Source of the DNA: Candidatus Multivoradales bacterium
GTDB lineage: Bacteria > Acidobacteriota > Thermoanaerobaculia > Multivoradales > JAHEKO01
Direction of reading: 5' to 3'
DNA: 64,000 nt
NCBI GenBank assembly: GCA_965223855.1
Contig: CBDCXM010000008.1
Span: forward strand, 64,001-128,000
The translations under genes were made by a program, and so were the position numbers. Below, piece after piece: positions 49,571 to 59,907 of the stretch. The notes under the pieces were generated by a model. It did no database searches, was not told the DNA's origin, and worked only from the letters and a program-made list of their open reading frames with translations. Positions within the stretch are counted from its first letter, which is position 1; the number at the start of each line of letters is the position of its first letter.

Positions 49571-50128
49571 TTAGCGTCGACGACGCTCGGCGTCGAAGTC
49601 GATCACGGTGGCGCCGTCCCCGGCGACGTCCTTGCCACCGGCAGCGTCAACGGCGTCGGCATTGCCATCGGCATCCGCGCCGTTGCCGGCGGACGACCTC
49701 TCGCCATCGCCCTCGGCGACGGCGGGTTCCGCCGGCGCCGTGGGCGGCTCGTCCTCCTGCTCTCCCGCGGGAGCCTCGCCGAGCTGCAAGCCGAAGTCCG
49801 CGGACGGGTCGGCGAAGGCGGTCATCGCTTCGAACGGCACCCGCAACGTCGCCGGCGCTCCACCGAAGCGCAGATCGACGTTGAAGCCATCGGGATCGAC
49901 CTCCAGGTTCCAGAACTGGTTCTGGAGGACGATCGTGATCTCCTCCGGATACTGGCGGCGCAAGGCCTCCGGCATGCCCACGCCCGCCACGTCGGTCCGG
50001 AACGTGATGTAAAAGAAGTGCTCGCCGGGAAGGCCGTCCTCGGCCACCTCGGCGAGCAGACTCGCCACCGCCCCGCGCAGCGCTCGCAGGACGAGACCGG
50101 GATAGTCGATGGCGGTGCCGGGCTTCAT
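49571..50128 (-). CDS. sspB: ClpXP adaptor SspB (alphaproteobacterial type)
   Basis: GLPGEHFFYITFRT, YPEEITIVLQNQFW, FADPS and tail VIDFD..RRR. Confidence 0.85.
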   Translation of the reverse strand: MKPGTAIDYPGLVLRALRGAVASLLAEVAEDGLPGEHFFYITFRTDVAGVGMPEALRRQYPEEITIVLQNQFWNLEVDPDGFNVDLRFGGAPATLRVPFEAMTAFADPSADFGLQLGEAPAGEQEDEPPTAPAEPAVAEGDGERSSAGNGADADGNADAVDAAGGKDVAGDGATVIDFDAERRRR

Positions 50129-50259
50129 GTCGCCCGAGGATGATAGCTCGCCGAAACCCGCGGGTACGTCCGCTCAACTTCGCCGGGCCCTCGACGTACC
50201 CTTGGGTAGCTCGGGCCGGCCGGTCCGGCAGCCGGAACTCCAACCTACGGAGGTGCAGC

Positions 50260-51024
50260 ATGACCCGCTTTCGCCCTCTTCTCGTCGTCGCCGTCGCCGT
50301 GGCCGCCTGCGCCGTGCCGGGCCACTCTCAGATTCCTGAGACTTTCCAGAACCTGCAGAGACTCGCGCCGGACAGCAGTCGCGACGCCGTGGTCGCTGCC
50401 ATGAGAGCGTGGTCGAGTGCCCTCGGAGTGCGCTGCAACCACTGCCACGTCGGCCCGGACAACCTGGTCGGGATGGACTTCGCGAGCGACGAGAAGGCGA
50501 CCAAGAGGACGGCTCGCAGGATGTTCGACATGGTCGGCGCTCTCAATCGAGAGCTGCTCGCCGAGCTGCCGGTCGCCGCGGAAGGCAGGGATCCCCGACC
50601 CGTCTCATGCTTCACCTGCCACCGCGGCAGGGCGTTGCCGCCCGGCGACCTGGTGGCGGAGCTCGACGCAGTCGCGAGGGAGGACGGACTCGAGCCTGCG
50701 CTCGACCACTACGAGGCGGTCCGAGCGGAGTCCTACGGGGCGGGCCAGTACGACTTCCGCCCCTCCACTCTCGCGAGGTTCGCCCGCCACCGGATGGAGT
50801 CGGGCGACGTCGCCGGCGCGGTGAGGGTGCTCGAAGCGAGCCTCGGGTACGACCCGGGCGTCGCCGACTCTCACGCCCTGCTCGGGATGGTGCGACTCCA
50901 GTCCGGAGACGGCGAAGGAGCGCGTCGCGACCTCGAGAAGGCACTCGAACTCGACCCCGGAAATCGAAGTGCCACGCGGGGCCTGGAAGTCCTCGAAGGA
51001 CAGGCCTCCGGCACGAGCAACTGA
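50260..51024 (+). CDS. Exported diheme c-type cytochrome (reaction-centre cytochrome-like) with TPR
   Basis: Signal peptide; CNHCH and CFTCH; SD GGAGG. Confidence 0.85.
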   Translation: MTRFRPLLVVAVAVAACAVPGHSQIPETFQNLQRLAPDSSRDAVVAAMRAWSSALGVRCNHCHVGPDNLVGMDFASDEKATKRTARRMFDMVGALNRELLAELPVAAEGRDPRPVSCFTCHRGRALPPGDLVAELDAVAREDGLEPALDHYEAVRAESYGAGQYDFRPSTLARFARHRMESGDVAGAVRVLEASLGYDPGVADSHALLGMVRLQSGDGEGARRDLEKALELDPGNRSATRGLEVLEGQASGTSN

Positions 51025-51107
51025 TCGGTCGACGAAGGTTCCATCGACCGCATCGACCGCCTATGATGGGAGGATCGAAACGCCGCTCTCGTGGCGATCC
51101 AATCCCG

Positions 51108-52316
51108 ATGCCGACCCTCCTTTCCTCCCCGATCTCTCCGACCGTCGACCGCGCGGTCGGACTCGATCTCGAGTCGCGGATCCTCGGGGATTGCGGCGAT
51201 CCGGCGGCCGGTCCAACCCTGGTCGCGATCGGTGGGCTGCACGGCAACGAGCCGGCGGGGGTGCTCGCTCTGCGGCGAATCTTCGCCCGCCTGGCAGACG
51301 AGGGGTGCGCGCCGGCGGGTCGACTCCTGGGCCTGGCCGGCAACCGCGAGGCCCTGCGCCAGGGACGGCGTTTCCTCGACGAGGATCTCAACCGGATCTG
51401 GTCCGACGAGCGCCTCGAGAGCGTCCGTAGCAGCCGGGAGGGTCGCGGATCCGAGGACCGGGAGCTGATGGAACTCGACGAGCACCTCGAGAGAGCCCTC
51501 GAAGAGGCCTCGGGGCCGGCGTTCGTGCTCGATCTCCACACGACTTCGGGGCCCGGCCCGGCCTTCTCGGTGCTCCACGACACGCTCATGAACCGTCGAT
51601 TCGCCCGGGCACTGCGAATTCCGATCGCACTCGGTCTCGAAGAGGAGCTCAACGGTACGCTCACCGACCATCTCACCTCCGAGGGTTTCGTTGCTCTGAC
51701 GGTAGAGACCGGGCAGCACCAGGAGCCGGAGTCGGTCGATCGCGCCGAAGCGGCCCTGTGGGTCGTCATGGACGTAGCGGGCTGCCTGCCGGCCGGGTAC
51801 GAACGTGAGGCACGGGAGGCTGCCCGGCGCCTCGCCGAGGAGGGACGAGGCCTTCCGAGGGTGGTCGAAGTGCGGTACCGGGAAGCGATCGGATCGAGCG
51901 CCGACTACTCCACACGGCCCGGGCTGCGCAGCTTCCAGGGGGTCTCGGCCGGCCAGCTGCTCGCCGACAGGAACGGGAGCCCGGTCGCCGCTCCGCTGTC
52001 CGGCCTGCTGCTGATGCCGCTCTATCAGAAGCTCGGCGACGACGGCTTCTTCATTGCGCGACCCGTTCACCGAGCCTGGATGGCGCTGTCCACCGCACTT
52101 CGGAGGCTCCGGCTCGAGCGCTGGCTCGGTCGGCTCCCGGGCATCCGTGCCGTCGATGCCGAGTCGGTCTCGTTCCTGGTCGATCGCCGGGTCGCGCGCT
52201 GGTTGGCCCTCGAGCTGTTCCATCTACTCGGGTTCCGGCGCCGTGAACACTCCTCGACCCACCTGCTGATGGAACGCCGTATCGAGCCGGCCTTCCGAAG
52301 CGGGCGCGGCTCTTGA
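51108..52316 (+). CDS. Succinylglutamate desuccinylase/aspartoacylase family (M14-like) hydrolase
   Basis: HGNE, DLNR, DLH and ETGQH. Confidence 0.85.
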   Translation: MPTLLSSPISPTVDRAVGLDLESRILGDCGDPAAGPTLVAIGGLHGNEPAGVLALRRIFARLADEGCAPAGRLLGLAGNREALRQGRRFLDEDLNRIWSDERLESVRSSREGRGSEDRELMELDEHLERALEEASGPAFVLDLHTTSGPGPAFSVLHDTLMNRRFARALRIPIALGLEEELNGTLTDHLTSEGFVALTVETGQHQEPESVDRAEAALWVVMDVAGCLPAGYEREAREAARRLAEEGRGLPRVVEVRYREAIGSSADYSTRPGLRSFQGVSAGQLLADRNGSPVAAPLSGLLLMPLYQKLGDDGFFIARPVHRAWMALSTALRRLRLERWLGRLPGIRAVDAESVSFLVDRRVARWLALELFHLLGFRRREHSSTHLLMERRIEPAFRSGRGS

Positions 52317-53413
52317 GTGCAAGAACCGCAGCCGGCGCCTTCACGCTTCCCCGCGAGTACTACACCGACGGCGACCTGTTCGCCGAAGAGCGCGAACGAC
52401 TCTTCCGCGATCGGTGGATCTACGCAGGGCACGTCTCCGAGTTCGAGGGAGCCGGGGCGTTCCGTCGCTACGACCTCGGTCCCGAAAGCGTTCTCGTCGT
52501 GCGGCAGGAGAACGGCGGCCTCGCGGCCGTCCACAATGTCTGCCGCCATCGCGGCACCCGCCTGTGCGAGAGCGAAGCGGGGACTTTCACCGGCCGGATC
52601 CAGTGTCCCTACCACGCCTGGACCTACCGGCTGAACGGCGATCTCGAAGCGGCTCCCAACATGGCGGAGGTCAGCGGCTTCCGTCGCGAGGACTTCCCCC
52701 TGCAAACGGCCGGGGTCGCCGAATACGAGGGGTTCGTCTTTCTGCGCCTCGGCGGGACCGGTGCCGACGATCCAGCCCTGTCCAAGCTCGACCGGCTCCT
52801 GCAGTGGTCGCCGGCCGCATTGCGGTCAGTGCACAGGACGGTCTACGAGGTGGAGGCCAACTGGAAGCTCTTCTTCCAGAACTACAGCGAGTGCTACCAC
52901 TGTCCCACCGTCCATCCGGTCCTCAATCGGCTGACCCCCTACCGCGACAGCAGCAACGATCTCGAGGAGGGGCCGGTCCTCGGCGGACCGATGAAACTGG
53001 CCCGCGACGGTGGCAGCATGACGATGACCGGCGAACGCTGCGCTCCCCCGCTGCCCGGTGTCGCTGGGGAAGACTGCAACCTCGTCTACTACTACACCGT
53101 CTTCCCCAATCTGTTCGTCAGTCTCCATCCTGACTACGTTCTCGTCCACCGCAGCGAACCGCTCGCAGTCGATCGAACCCGCATCCATTGCGACTGGCTC
53201 TTCCACCCGGAGGCGATCGACGACGAGAGCTTCGACCCCTCCGGTGCGATCGAATTCTGGGACATGACCAATCGCCAGGACTGGCACCTGTGCACGCTCT
53301 CGCAGCAGGGCATCTCTTCTTCGGCCTACGTGCCCGGGCCCTACGCCGAGCTGGAGAGCCAGCTCGCCGCCTTCGACCGCTACTATCTGACCGAGTTCGA
53401 GCCGAGCGGCTGA
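52313..53413 (+). CDS. Rieske non-heme iron oxygenase alpha subunit (GbcA/choline monooxygenase-like)
   Basis: CRHRG..CPYHAW, NWK...NYSECYHCPTVH and QD. Confidence 0.9.
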   Translation: MSARTAAGAFTLPREYYTDGDLFAEERERLFRDRWIYAGHVSEFEGAGAFRRYDLGPESVLVVRQENGGLAAVHNVCRHRGTRLCESEAGTFTGRIQCPYHAWTYRLNGDLEAAPNMAEVSGFRREDFPLQTAGVAEYEGFVFLRLGGTGADDPALSKLDRLLQWSPAALRSVHRTVYEVEANWKLFFQNYSECYHCPTVHPVLNRLTPYRDSSNDLEEGPVLGGPMKLARDGGSMTMTGERCAPPLPGVAGEDCNLVYYYTVFPNLFVSLHPDYVLVHRSEPLAVDRTRIHCDWLFHPEAIDDESFDPSGAIEFWDMTNRQDWHLCTLSQQGISSSAYVPGPYAELESQLAAFDRYYLTEFEPSG

Positions 53414-55185
53414 ACGAACAGGTCGCCCGCCCACAGAAAGGCGAGGCCCGCCACCAGCAGGAGCCAGCCGATCCAGGGCGACAGAGGCCGGCGGACGACG
53501 ACGGGTTCGGCAACCTCGTCCGGACCGCTCGCTCGCGTCGCGTCGAGCAGGGTTCGCAGGGCCAGTGCATCGGTCGCGCGGCTCCTGACGACGGCGATCG
53601 ACGCTTCGTCCTCGACGGCGCGGAAGGCGATCGACGCCGCGCCGCTCTCCACCCGATGCCAGCCCTCTTCCAGCGGCGCCCAGGTGACCGACCAGCGGCG
53701 GCCGTCGAGGCGGTCGCGCCGCGGTGCGAGATCGATCGTGCCGGAAGGCGTCTCGAGTCTCATCGTCGGTTCCGGCGCCAGCAACCCGATTTCGATCGGC
53801 GCACCCACCGGCAGCGGACCGCGTGGCAGGTCGATCGATCGCTCGGGGCGTCGCGCCAGCGAGGTCACGAGGTGGCTCCAGAACCCGGCGAAAGCCGTCG
53901 CCTCTCCGCGGAGCAGCCAACGATAGGTCGCCGGAACGAGCGAGACCGCCGCTCGACCGTTGCCGACCGGCAGCGCGCCGGCCCAGGCGCTGCCGGCCGC
54001 GTCCTCGATCAGCGGGCGCACTGCGGCCGTGGGCTCCAGCACCCGAGCCGGAACTTCCAGAGCGGGCAGCTCGCCGGAGCCGGGAACCAGGAACTCTCGC
54101 TCCACTCGCTCGAGATCAGCAAGAGGCTCGGTGGCGAAGCGTGCCGCCAGCTCGTCGAGGCCACTGCCTTCGTGATCTCCCAGCAGGAGCAGTCCGGTGC
54201 CGGCGGCGAGCGCTTCCTTGATTCGTGCAGACTCCCCGCGGCGGAGCGGTGACCCGGAGTAAGCCTCGACGACGACAAGGTCGGCCGATCCGAGAGCCGA
54301 GGCGACCGCCTGCTCGGAAGCCTCTGCAGGGCCGTTCCAGCTTCCATATCGGTAGCGCCCGTCGCTCACCCGCAGCCGCTCCACCCAGCCTCCTCCGGCT
54401 TCGATCCACCAGTTGCGGACGTGCCGCGCCTCGAACCCGGGAGCGTCCGCCAACCAGAGGACTGAGGGTACGTCCGGATCGACGACCTCGACATCCACCG
54501 GGAGACGAGCGGAGGCCGGGCTGTTCGGGTCGTCGATCGCCATCCAGTAGCGATGGCGTCCCGACAGCCGCGGCGACGCCTCGAGGACGAATCTTCCCTC
54601 GGGGGCCGCATCGCAGACTTCCGATCCTCCCGGCGCGAGCAGGCACACACGATCGAAGCCATCGGGGGCGATTCCGGACACCCTGAGCGGCGCCCCGAGA
54701 ACGACTCTTCTGGGCCAGTCGACCTCCTCCCACCCGGCGCGTCGTTTCGATGGCGAGGTCTCGGCGACGACTCTCCCCGGCAGAGCCGCGAGATCCGAGC
54801 CGGGAAGACCGGCCCCTACGACTCGCCACTCCCGAACCTCGGGGTGTCGGGCCGCAACCGCTCGCGCCGTCGGTGCCGGATCGCCCTCGACGTCGGGAGC
54901 ACCGGGCAGACGGTAGACGCGCCGCTGCTCCATTGCCTCCGGCAGACTCTGCACGTCGGCGCCCGCCGTGACCAGGACGGCCGAGCTCGAAGACAGAGTG
55001 AGATCTCGATGAGGTGGGGCTCCCAGCAACCACAGCCCGAGGCTCGTGATCCCGACCGCGGGAACGAAGCGCCACCGGAAGACCCCGTCCCCGCGAACCC
55101 ACGGCAGCGCGACCGCGAGGGCGAAGAAGGCCAACGAGCCGAGGACGACGGTCCATTCCCACGCCGGGGAGGCCGTGGCGCTCAC
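53383..55185 (-). CDS. Membrane protein of the MoxR/BatA-associated cluster
   Basis: N- and C-terminal TM helices; GTG overlaps the upstream TGA. Confidence 0.65.
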   Translation of the reverse strand: MSATASPAWEWTVVLGSLAFFALAVALPWVRGDGVFRWRFVPAVGITSLGLWLLGAPPHRDLTLSSSSAVLVTAGADVQSLPEAMEQRRVYRLPGAPDVEGDPAPTARAVAARHPEVREWRVVGAGLPGSDLAALPGRVVAETSPSKRRAGWEEVDWPRRVVLGAPLRVSGIAPDGFDRVCLLAPGGSEVCDAAPEGRFVLEASPRLSGRHRYWMAIDDPNSPASARLPVDVEVVDPDVPSVLWLADAPGFEARHVRNWWIEAGGGWVERLRVSDGRYRYGSWNGPAEASEQAVASALGSADLVVVEAYSGSPLRRGESARIKEALAAGTGLLLLGDHEGSGLDELAARFATEPLADLERVEREFLVPGSGELPALEVPARVLEPTAAVRPLIEDAAGSAWAGALPVGNGRAAVSLVPATYRWLLRGEATAFAGFWSHLVTSLARRPERSIDLPRGPLPVGAPIEIGLLAPEPTMRLETPSGTIDLAPRRDRLDGRRWSVTWAPLEEGWHRVESGAASIAFRAVEDEASIAVVRSRATDALALRTLLDATRASGPDEVAEPVVVRRPLSPWIGWLLLVAGLAFLWAGDLFVQPLGSNSVR

Positions 55186-57518
55186 TGCCGGTCCCCTCCG
55201 AGCTCCGTCGACCCGAGTTCGTCCGACCCTGGCTCGTCCGACCCTGGCTTGTCCGACAAGGGCGCGCCCAGCCCGCCACGCGCCCGACGATCGATCGACG
55301 GCACACGCGACGGTTGCGGCATCTGCCCCCACAGGGCCCGCCGTGCGGATTCGAGGTGCTCCGGAGCGACCGCGACGCCGGTGGACAGCCCGTCGAGCAC
55401 TTGCCGCAAGGCCACGAGCCCGGCGAGATCGACGCCGGCATCTTCGCGAGCACGGGCGGCCAGGGCTCGAGCTGCCGCTTCGCCACTCGTCTGCAGGCCG
55501 GCCGGTGCCTCCCCGCTGTCGAGCCAGGCGCCGAGATCGCGGAACGCCTGCGCCAGCTCAACTCCCGAGGGATCCGAGGACGAGCTGCCGGTCCGACGCG
55601 CCGTCCGGATCTCATCGAGCTCTCCCGTAAGCCGTCGCTCGCGGGGGAAGAGCTCAGGGGGTTCGAAGCCGATCTTCTGCACGTAGAGACGCGAGCGCTG
55701 CTGCACGTCCTTGAGCAGGCTGAGAGCGCGATACTCATAGGGCAGCGCGCGGCGCGGCTCGACCCCTCGCAGGCTCCCCTCGGCTCCCCACATCTCCGCC
55801 AGCGCAGCCTTCAGCTGATCCTTGATCTCCGAGTCGAAGAAGGTCGCGATCTCGGCCGAGTCGTGCTCGTGCACGAGGCCCGGGGCCAGCTGCTCGAGCG
55901 CTTCCTCCGTCTCGCCGGCGACCCCTCCCTCCATCTCGTCGAGTCGCATCAGCTCTCCCTCGTGCTCGCCGTGCTCCTCGGCCTCTCCTCCCTCTCCGGC
56001 GGGAGCGCCCGAGACGAACTCTTCGCCGAGCAGCCCGCCGTAGCGCAGCCGCAAGGCGCGCTGATCGAAGCCGAGGCTCTCGGAACGACGCCGGAACTCC
56101 TCGGCGGTGAGCTTCCCCTCCTGCTCGAGCAGCCGTTCGGTATCGAGGATGATCTGCCTCTGACTGCGGAAGAACTCGGGAACACGCAAGACCGGCAGGC
56201 GGGCCGACAGGCCGACGCTCTGCGGGCCGCCGCCCGGCACCCGGACGATGTGGGTCGCCGAACGGACCCGATTCGGCTCGGGCTCACGACGGTCGAACGC
56301 TTCCACGTAGACGAAGAGATCGACGCCCGGAGCGACTCCGAGCGCCTCGAGATCGAGCACCCGGGTGAGACGCTCGACTCGCCTACCGGTAGTCTCCCCG
56401 GTTTCGACGGCCAGCCGGCGGTCGAAGTCGATTCTGCGTTCGCGAAACTCCACGAGCTCGCCGTAGCCGCTGGCGACCGTCGCCACGAGCTCGACCGCTC
56501 CCGCGCCATAGTCGTCGCTGACCTCGACGCGGAAGGTCAACGGGCCGAGTTCGTCGGCCGCCAGCTCCAGGTAGGGAGCGGGCTCGAGCACGACGATCCC
56601 GGGCGGCCGGTCCCGCTCGACTTCCAGCCGTTCCAGCGGCCCGGAGACTGTCTCGTCGCCTCGATGCAGCTCGAGGCGCACCAGCCGCGATTGCCGCACG
56701 ACCTCTTCCGCGACGAGACGCCCCCGGTCCTCGGGCGACGCGGCCGGCGGCGCCAAACGACGTCGATCGACCTCATCGAACAGCAGGGTCGCTTCGTCCG
56801 GTTCGCCCTCCGCCTCCACCTGCCATGACAGACGGCTCCCTTCGGGAACGACCGCCACGAGACCCTCCGCGGTCCATGGTGCAACTCGCGTGTAGGCGGG
56901 TGGCTCGACCTTCACGCTCGCCGACCTCACGCCGAGCGACTCCCGGGACGAGACCGCGACCGGATCGATCGGCGATTCGACTGCCGATCCCGCGCGCGGC
57001 CGTGCCCCGAACCATCCGACCGCGAAGGCGGCCAGCAGGGCTCCCGCGACCCAGCGAGTCGTCGCCGCCAGGCCCGACTGGGGCGGCGCGGCGCGACCGG
57101 GACTGTCGCCATGCTCGAGCTGCTGCTGCAGCCGGCGCTCGACTCGCCGGCGCTGAAGTCGTGCCAGAGGAGGCAGCTCACCCTCGTCCACCAGCAGCAG
57201 CTCAGAGCTGAACTCGTGCGCCTCACGATGACGATCGAGGGCCAGTGCGATCTGTCGCGGATCGGGACGTCGGAGCGCATGCCGCAACCACCGGTAGACC
57301 AGCAGCCCCCAGGCCACCAGCGGAACCACTGCCCAGAACCAGGCCATCCCGCGACGGTCGAGCGCGAGCGCCGCCATCACGGAGGGAAGGCACCACGCCG
57401 CGGCCCTGACCGATACGGAGGCGAGCCGACGGAACCGCCAGCGACGCTCGGTGGATGCCAAGGCGGCCCTTCCGGGCGACTCGACGGCCGTGGCTCCCGG
57501 TGCGATGTCAGACGTCAT
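55182..57518 (-). CDS. DUF4175-like membrane protein
   Basis: TM helices; PPAYT, DDYG, FRSQRQIILDTE and ALPYEYRAL. Confidence 0.7.
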   Translation of the reverse strand: MTSDIAPGATAVESPGRAALASTERRWRFRRLASVSVRAAAWCLPSVMAALALDRRGMAWFWAVVPLVAWGLLVYRWLRHALRRPDPRQIALALDRHREAHEFSSELLLVDEGELPPLARLQRRRVERRLQQQLEHGDSPGRAAPPQSGLAATTRWVAGALLAAFAVGWFGARPRAGSAVESPIDPVAVSSRESLGVRSASVKVEPPAYTRVAPWTAEGLVAVVPEGSRLSWQVEAEGEPDEATLLFDEVDRRRLAPPAASPEDRGRLVAEEVVRQSRLVRLELHRGDETVSGPLERLEVERDRPPGIVVLEPAPYLELAADELGPLTFRVEVSDDYGAGAVELVATVASGYGELVEFRERRIDFDRRLAVETGETTGRRVERLTRVLDLEALGVAPGVDLFVYVEAFDRREPEPNRVRSATHIVRVPGGGPQSVGLSARLPVLRVPEFFRSQRQIILDTERLLEQEGKLTAEEFRRRSESLGFDQRALRLRYGGLLGEEFVSGAPAGEGGEAEEHGEHEGELMRLDEMEGGVAGETEEALEQLAPGLVHEHDSAEIATFFDSEIKDQLKAALAEMWGAEGSLRGVEPRRALPYEYRALSLLKDVQQRSRLYVQKIGFEPPELFPRERRLTGELDEIRTARRTGSSSSDPSGVELAQAFRDLGAWLDSGEAPAGLQTSGEAAARALAARAREDAGVDLAGLVALRQVLDGLSTGVAVAPEHLESARRALWGQMPQPSRVPSIDRRARGGLGAPLSDKPGSDEPGSDELGSTELGGDRQ
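55198..55257 (-). repeat. Four 15-bp in-frame tandem repeats (SDKPG-SDEPG-SDELG-STELG)
   Basis: ccgagctccgtcgac / ccgagttcgtccgac / cctggctcgtccgac / cctggcttgtccgac. Confidence 0.75.
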
Positions 57519-58986
57519 CTCCGCCTCCCGTCGCCCAGACGCGTTCGATCATGAGCCCGAGCCACAGCAACAGCCACCATGCCCGCGGCCAGCGCTCGGC
57601 CGGAGCGAACGGGTCGGAGGCTTCGAGCGAGAGCGGGCGGCCCAGCCCGGACACGCGTCGCCGATCCGACCCGGCCTGCTCCGAGCTCGCCACCGGTCTG
57701 AGACCGATCAGCAGCTCGGCCAGCCAGGCCGTCAGGGCGTCGCCTTCCGACCACTCGCTCCAGGCCGGATGGAATCGGGAGGCGAGCCGATACCAGCGCC
57801 CGTCGCCCGCTCGCGCCAACGTCAGGAGCGGATCCGCGGTGCCGACCTCGATCCGCAGGGCACCCTCGACGGTCTCGACCGGGCCGATACGACGGAAGCG
57901 GGCACCGAAGAACGGTGCGGAGTCCGCGCTGCAGTCGCAGCGCTCGTGACGCTCGAGAACATCGCTCACCAGCACCGAGCCCCGCGGTCGTTCCAGCCAG
58001 CCGTCGGGGACCGGCTCCGGTGAGAGCCAGAAGGCGAGACCGCTCCTCTCCTCGACGGAGCCGTCCGCTTCGACGAACTCCAGCTCGAGGCCCGCTACCT
58101 CTGCTGCCGTCTCCAGGCGGCGGCGCACGAGCCGCCCATCGTCCTCGCGCCCTTCACCCGTGTGGAGGGCGACGGACACAGCCGGGTACTCGGGGGGAAC
58201 AAGTCGATCGTCGTCCGCCGCTGCGTCCGACCCCGCGATCGGAAGCGCGCGGAGCTCGCCGTCCGCTGCTCTCTCGAAAGCCGCCTCGTCCCGTGAAAAG
58301 TCGACCCGGCTCGGACCGGATTCGGCAACCCAGACGCCGTCCGGCCGGTCGCTCACCGCCTCGAGCCATCGGTTCTCGCGGCGATCGATCACCGACTTCC
58401 AGTCCAGATCCCGGGCGATGCGGGGGCGTCGTCCACGGAAGCGAGTCGAGCGGTCGAGGGTGACGGCGACCAGGGAGGCACCGGCCGGAGCCTCCAGATC
58501 GGTGAGCTCGAGCAGCGCCCAGAGGTCCGGCTCCCGCGAGCCCCGGGGAACGGCCTCCTCCGCCGTCAGTTCGCGCATCGATGCGAGGCCGGGGGACCAC
58601 CAGCGCGCCTCGGCCCCGGTAGCGAGCAGGCGATCCAAGTCGGCGTAGAGATCTGGCTGGGTCGGCTCCAGAGCCTCGCGGGCGGCCATGACTTCCGGCT
58701 CCACCAGCAGCCAGGCCGGGGGCTCCTCGCCCGCACCGAAGCCGAGACGTGGCTCAGCCAGACCTATCGCGAGCAGTGAAAGCAGCAGGCAGCGCATCGC
58801 AAGCAGGGCCCATCTTCTGAGCTGCAGTCGGCGCCAGCGGCTCGTCTCCTTCCCGGTCAGGAGTCGAACGCTGGCGAAGGGTACGCGGCGAGGCTCACCG
58901 CGGCTCAGCCAGTGGAGCGCGATGGGGACGGCGAGACTCAGCAGTCCCCACAGCCAGGCCGGCTGGGCGAACCCACCCCAGGTCAC
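57508..58986 (-). CDS. BatA N-terminal domain membrane protein
   Basis: F.QPAWLWGLLSLAVPIALHW...LLAMRCLLL..LA.P and C-terminal WWLL...ER. Confidence 0.8.
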   Translation of the reverse strand: MTWGGFAQPAWLWGLLSLAVPIALHWLSRGEPRRVPFASVRLLTGKETSRWRRLQLRRWALLAMRCLLLSLLAIGLAEPRLGFGAGEEPPAWLLVEPEVMAAREALEPTQPDLYADLDRLLATGAEARWWSPGLASMRELTAEEAVPRGSREPDLWALLELTDLEAPAGASLVAVTLDRSTRFRGRRPRIARDLDWKSVIDRRENRWLEAVSDRPDGVWVAESGPSRVDFSRDEAAFERAADGELRALPIAGSDAAADDDRLVPPEYPAVSVALHTGEGREDDGRLVRRRLETAAEVAGLELEFVEADGSVEERSGLAFWLSPEPVPDGWLERPRGSVLVSDVLERHERCDCSADSAPFFGARFRRIGPVETVEGALRIEVGTADPLLTLARAGDGRWYRLASRFHPAWSEWSEGDALTAWLAELLIGLRPVASSEQAGSDRRRVSGLGRPLSLEASDPFAPAERWPRAWWLLLWLGLMIERVWATGGGDDV

Positions 58987-59900
58987 GGCAGCATCCTGCG
59001 TCGCAACAACAGTGCCCGCAATACCGGCTCGAACGGCTCGTCGGTCACCACTCTCTGATAGTGGACACCGAGCCCGGTCAGTCGACGCTCCCTGGAGGAG
59101 AGGTCGGCCTCGAGCCGGCGGAGGTACTCGGGGCGCAACGCCTCCGCCCGACCGTGCACGACCTCTCCGCTCTCGAGGTCCTCGAGCGCGAGGTCGCCGG
59201 TGTAGTCGAACTCGAGCTCGTCCCGCGCCATCAGGTGAAAGACGATCACCTCCTGTCCCATCGCCCGCAGCGCCCGCAGAGCGGTCGCCATCCCTCCCGC
59301 CTCTTCGGACGCATCCACCTCGTGAAGGTCGCCGACGAAGACCACCAGCTCGCGCTCCCTCGGGTTGCCGACGCGGGGACCGAGGTGGTCCCAACCGGGC
59401 CAGATACCCGCCGGTTCGACGGTCTCCAGTCGGTGCAGCACCCGCCCCAGCGATCGCCGGCCGTGCTGAGGAGGAAGGTCCTCGCTGTCCCCGTCGCGCA
59501 CGGTGTGCAGCGAGATCCGGTCCCCCTGCCGATCGGCGAGGTAGGCGATCGCCGCTGCCAGGATTCGCGCGACGTCGAACTTCGCGAGACCGTCGTGCTC
59601 GTGAGCCATCGAGCCGGTGGCATCGACGATCAACCGCAATGTGAGCTCACGCTCGACCTCCGCCTCCCTGACGAGATAGCGGTCTGAGCGGCCATAGACC
59701 CGCCAGTCGATGGTGCGTGGATCGTCGCCCGGCTCGTAGCTTCGATACTGGCTGAACTCGATCCCGGCACCGGCACGACGGTCGAGATGCTCGCCGGCAA
59801 GGAACCCCTCCACCACCAGTCTCGAAGCGAGCTCGAGATCGTCGAGGGCCGCGAGAGTGGCCGGAGCGAGCAGGCGGGAGCGAGCGGCGGTCGCGCTCAT
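58983..59900 (-). CDS. DUF58 family protein
   Basis: G.EFSQYRSYEPGDD.R.IDW and DATGSM. Confidence 0.92.
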   Translation of the reverse strand: MSATAARSRLLAPATLAALDDLELASRLVVEGFLAGEHLDRRAGAGIEFSQYRSYEPGDDPRTIDWRVYGRSDRYLVREAEVERELTLRLIVDATGSMAHEHDGLAKFDVARILAAAIAYLADRQGDRISLHTVRDGDSEDLPPQHGRRSLGRVLHRLETVEPAGIWPGWDHLGPRVGNPRERELVVFVGDLHEVDASEEAGGMATALRALRAMGQEVIVFHLMARDELEFDYTGDLALEDLESGEVVHGRAEALRPEYLRRLEADLSSRERRLTGLGVHYQRVVTDEPFEPVLRALLLRRRMLP

Positions 59901-59907
59901 CTCGGTC

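Noticed and set aside
55198-55257. Short tandem repeats as a CRISPR array or contingency locus
   Set aside because: They are contiguous in-frame 15-mers without spacers that encode a low-complexity tail.
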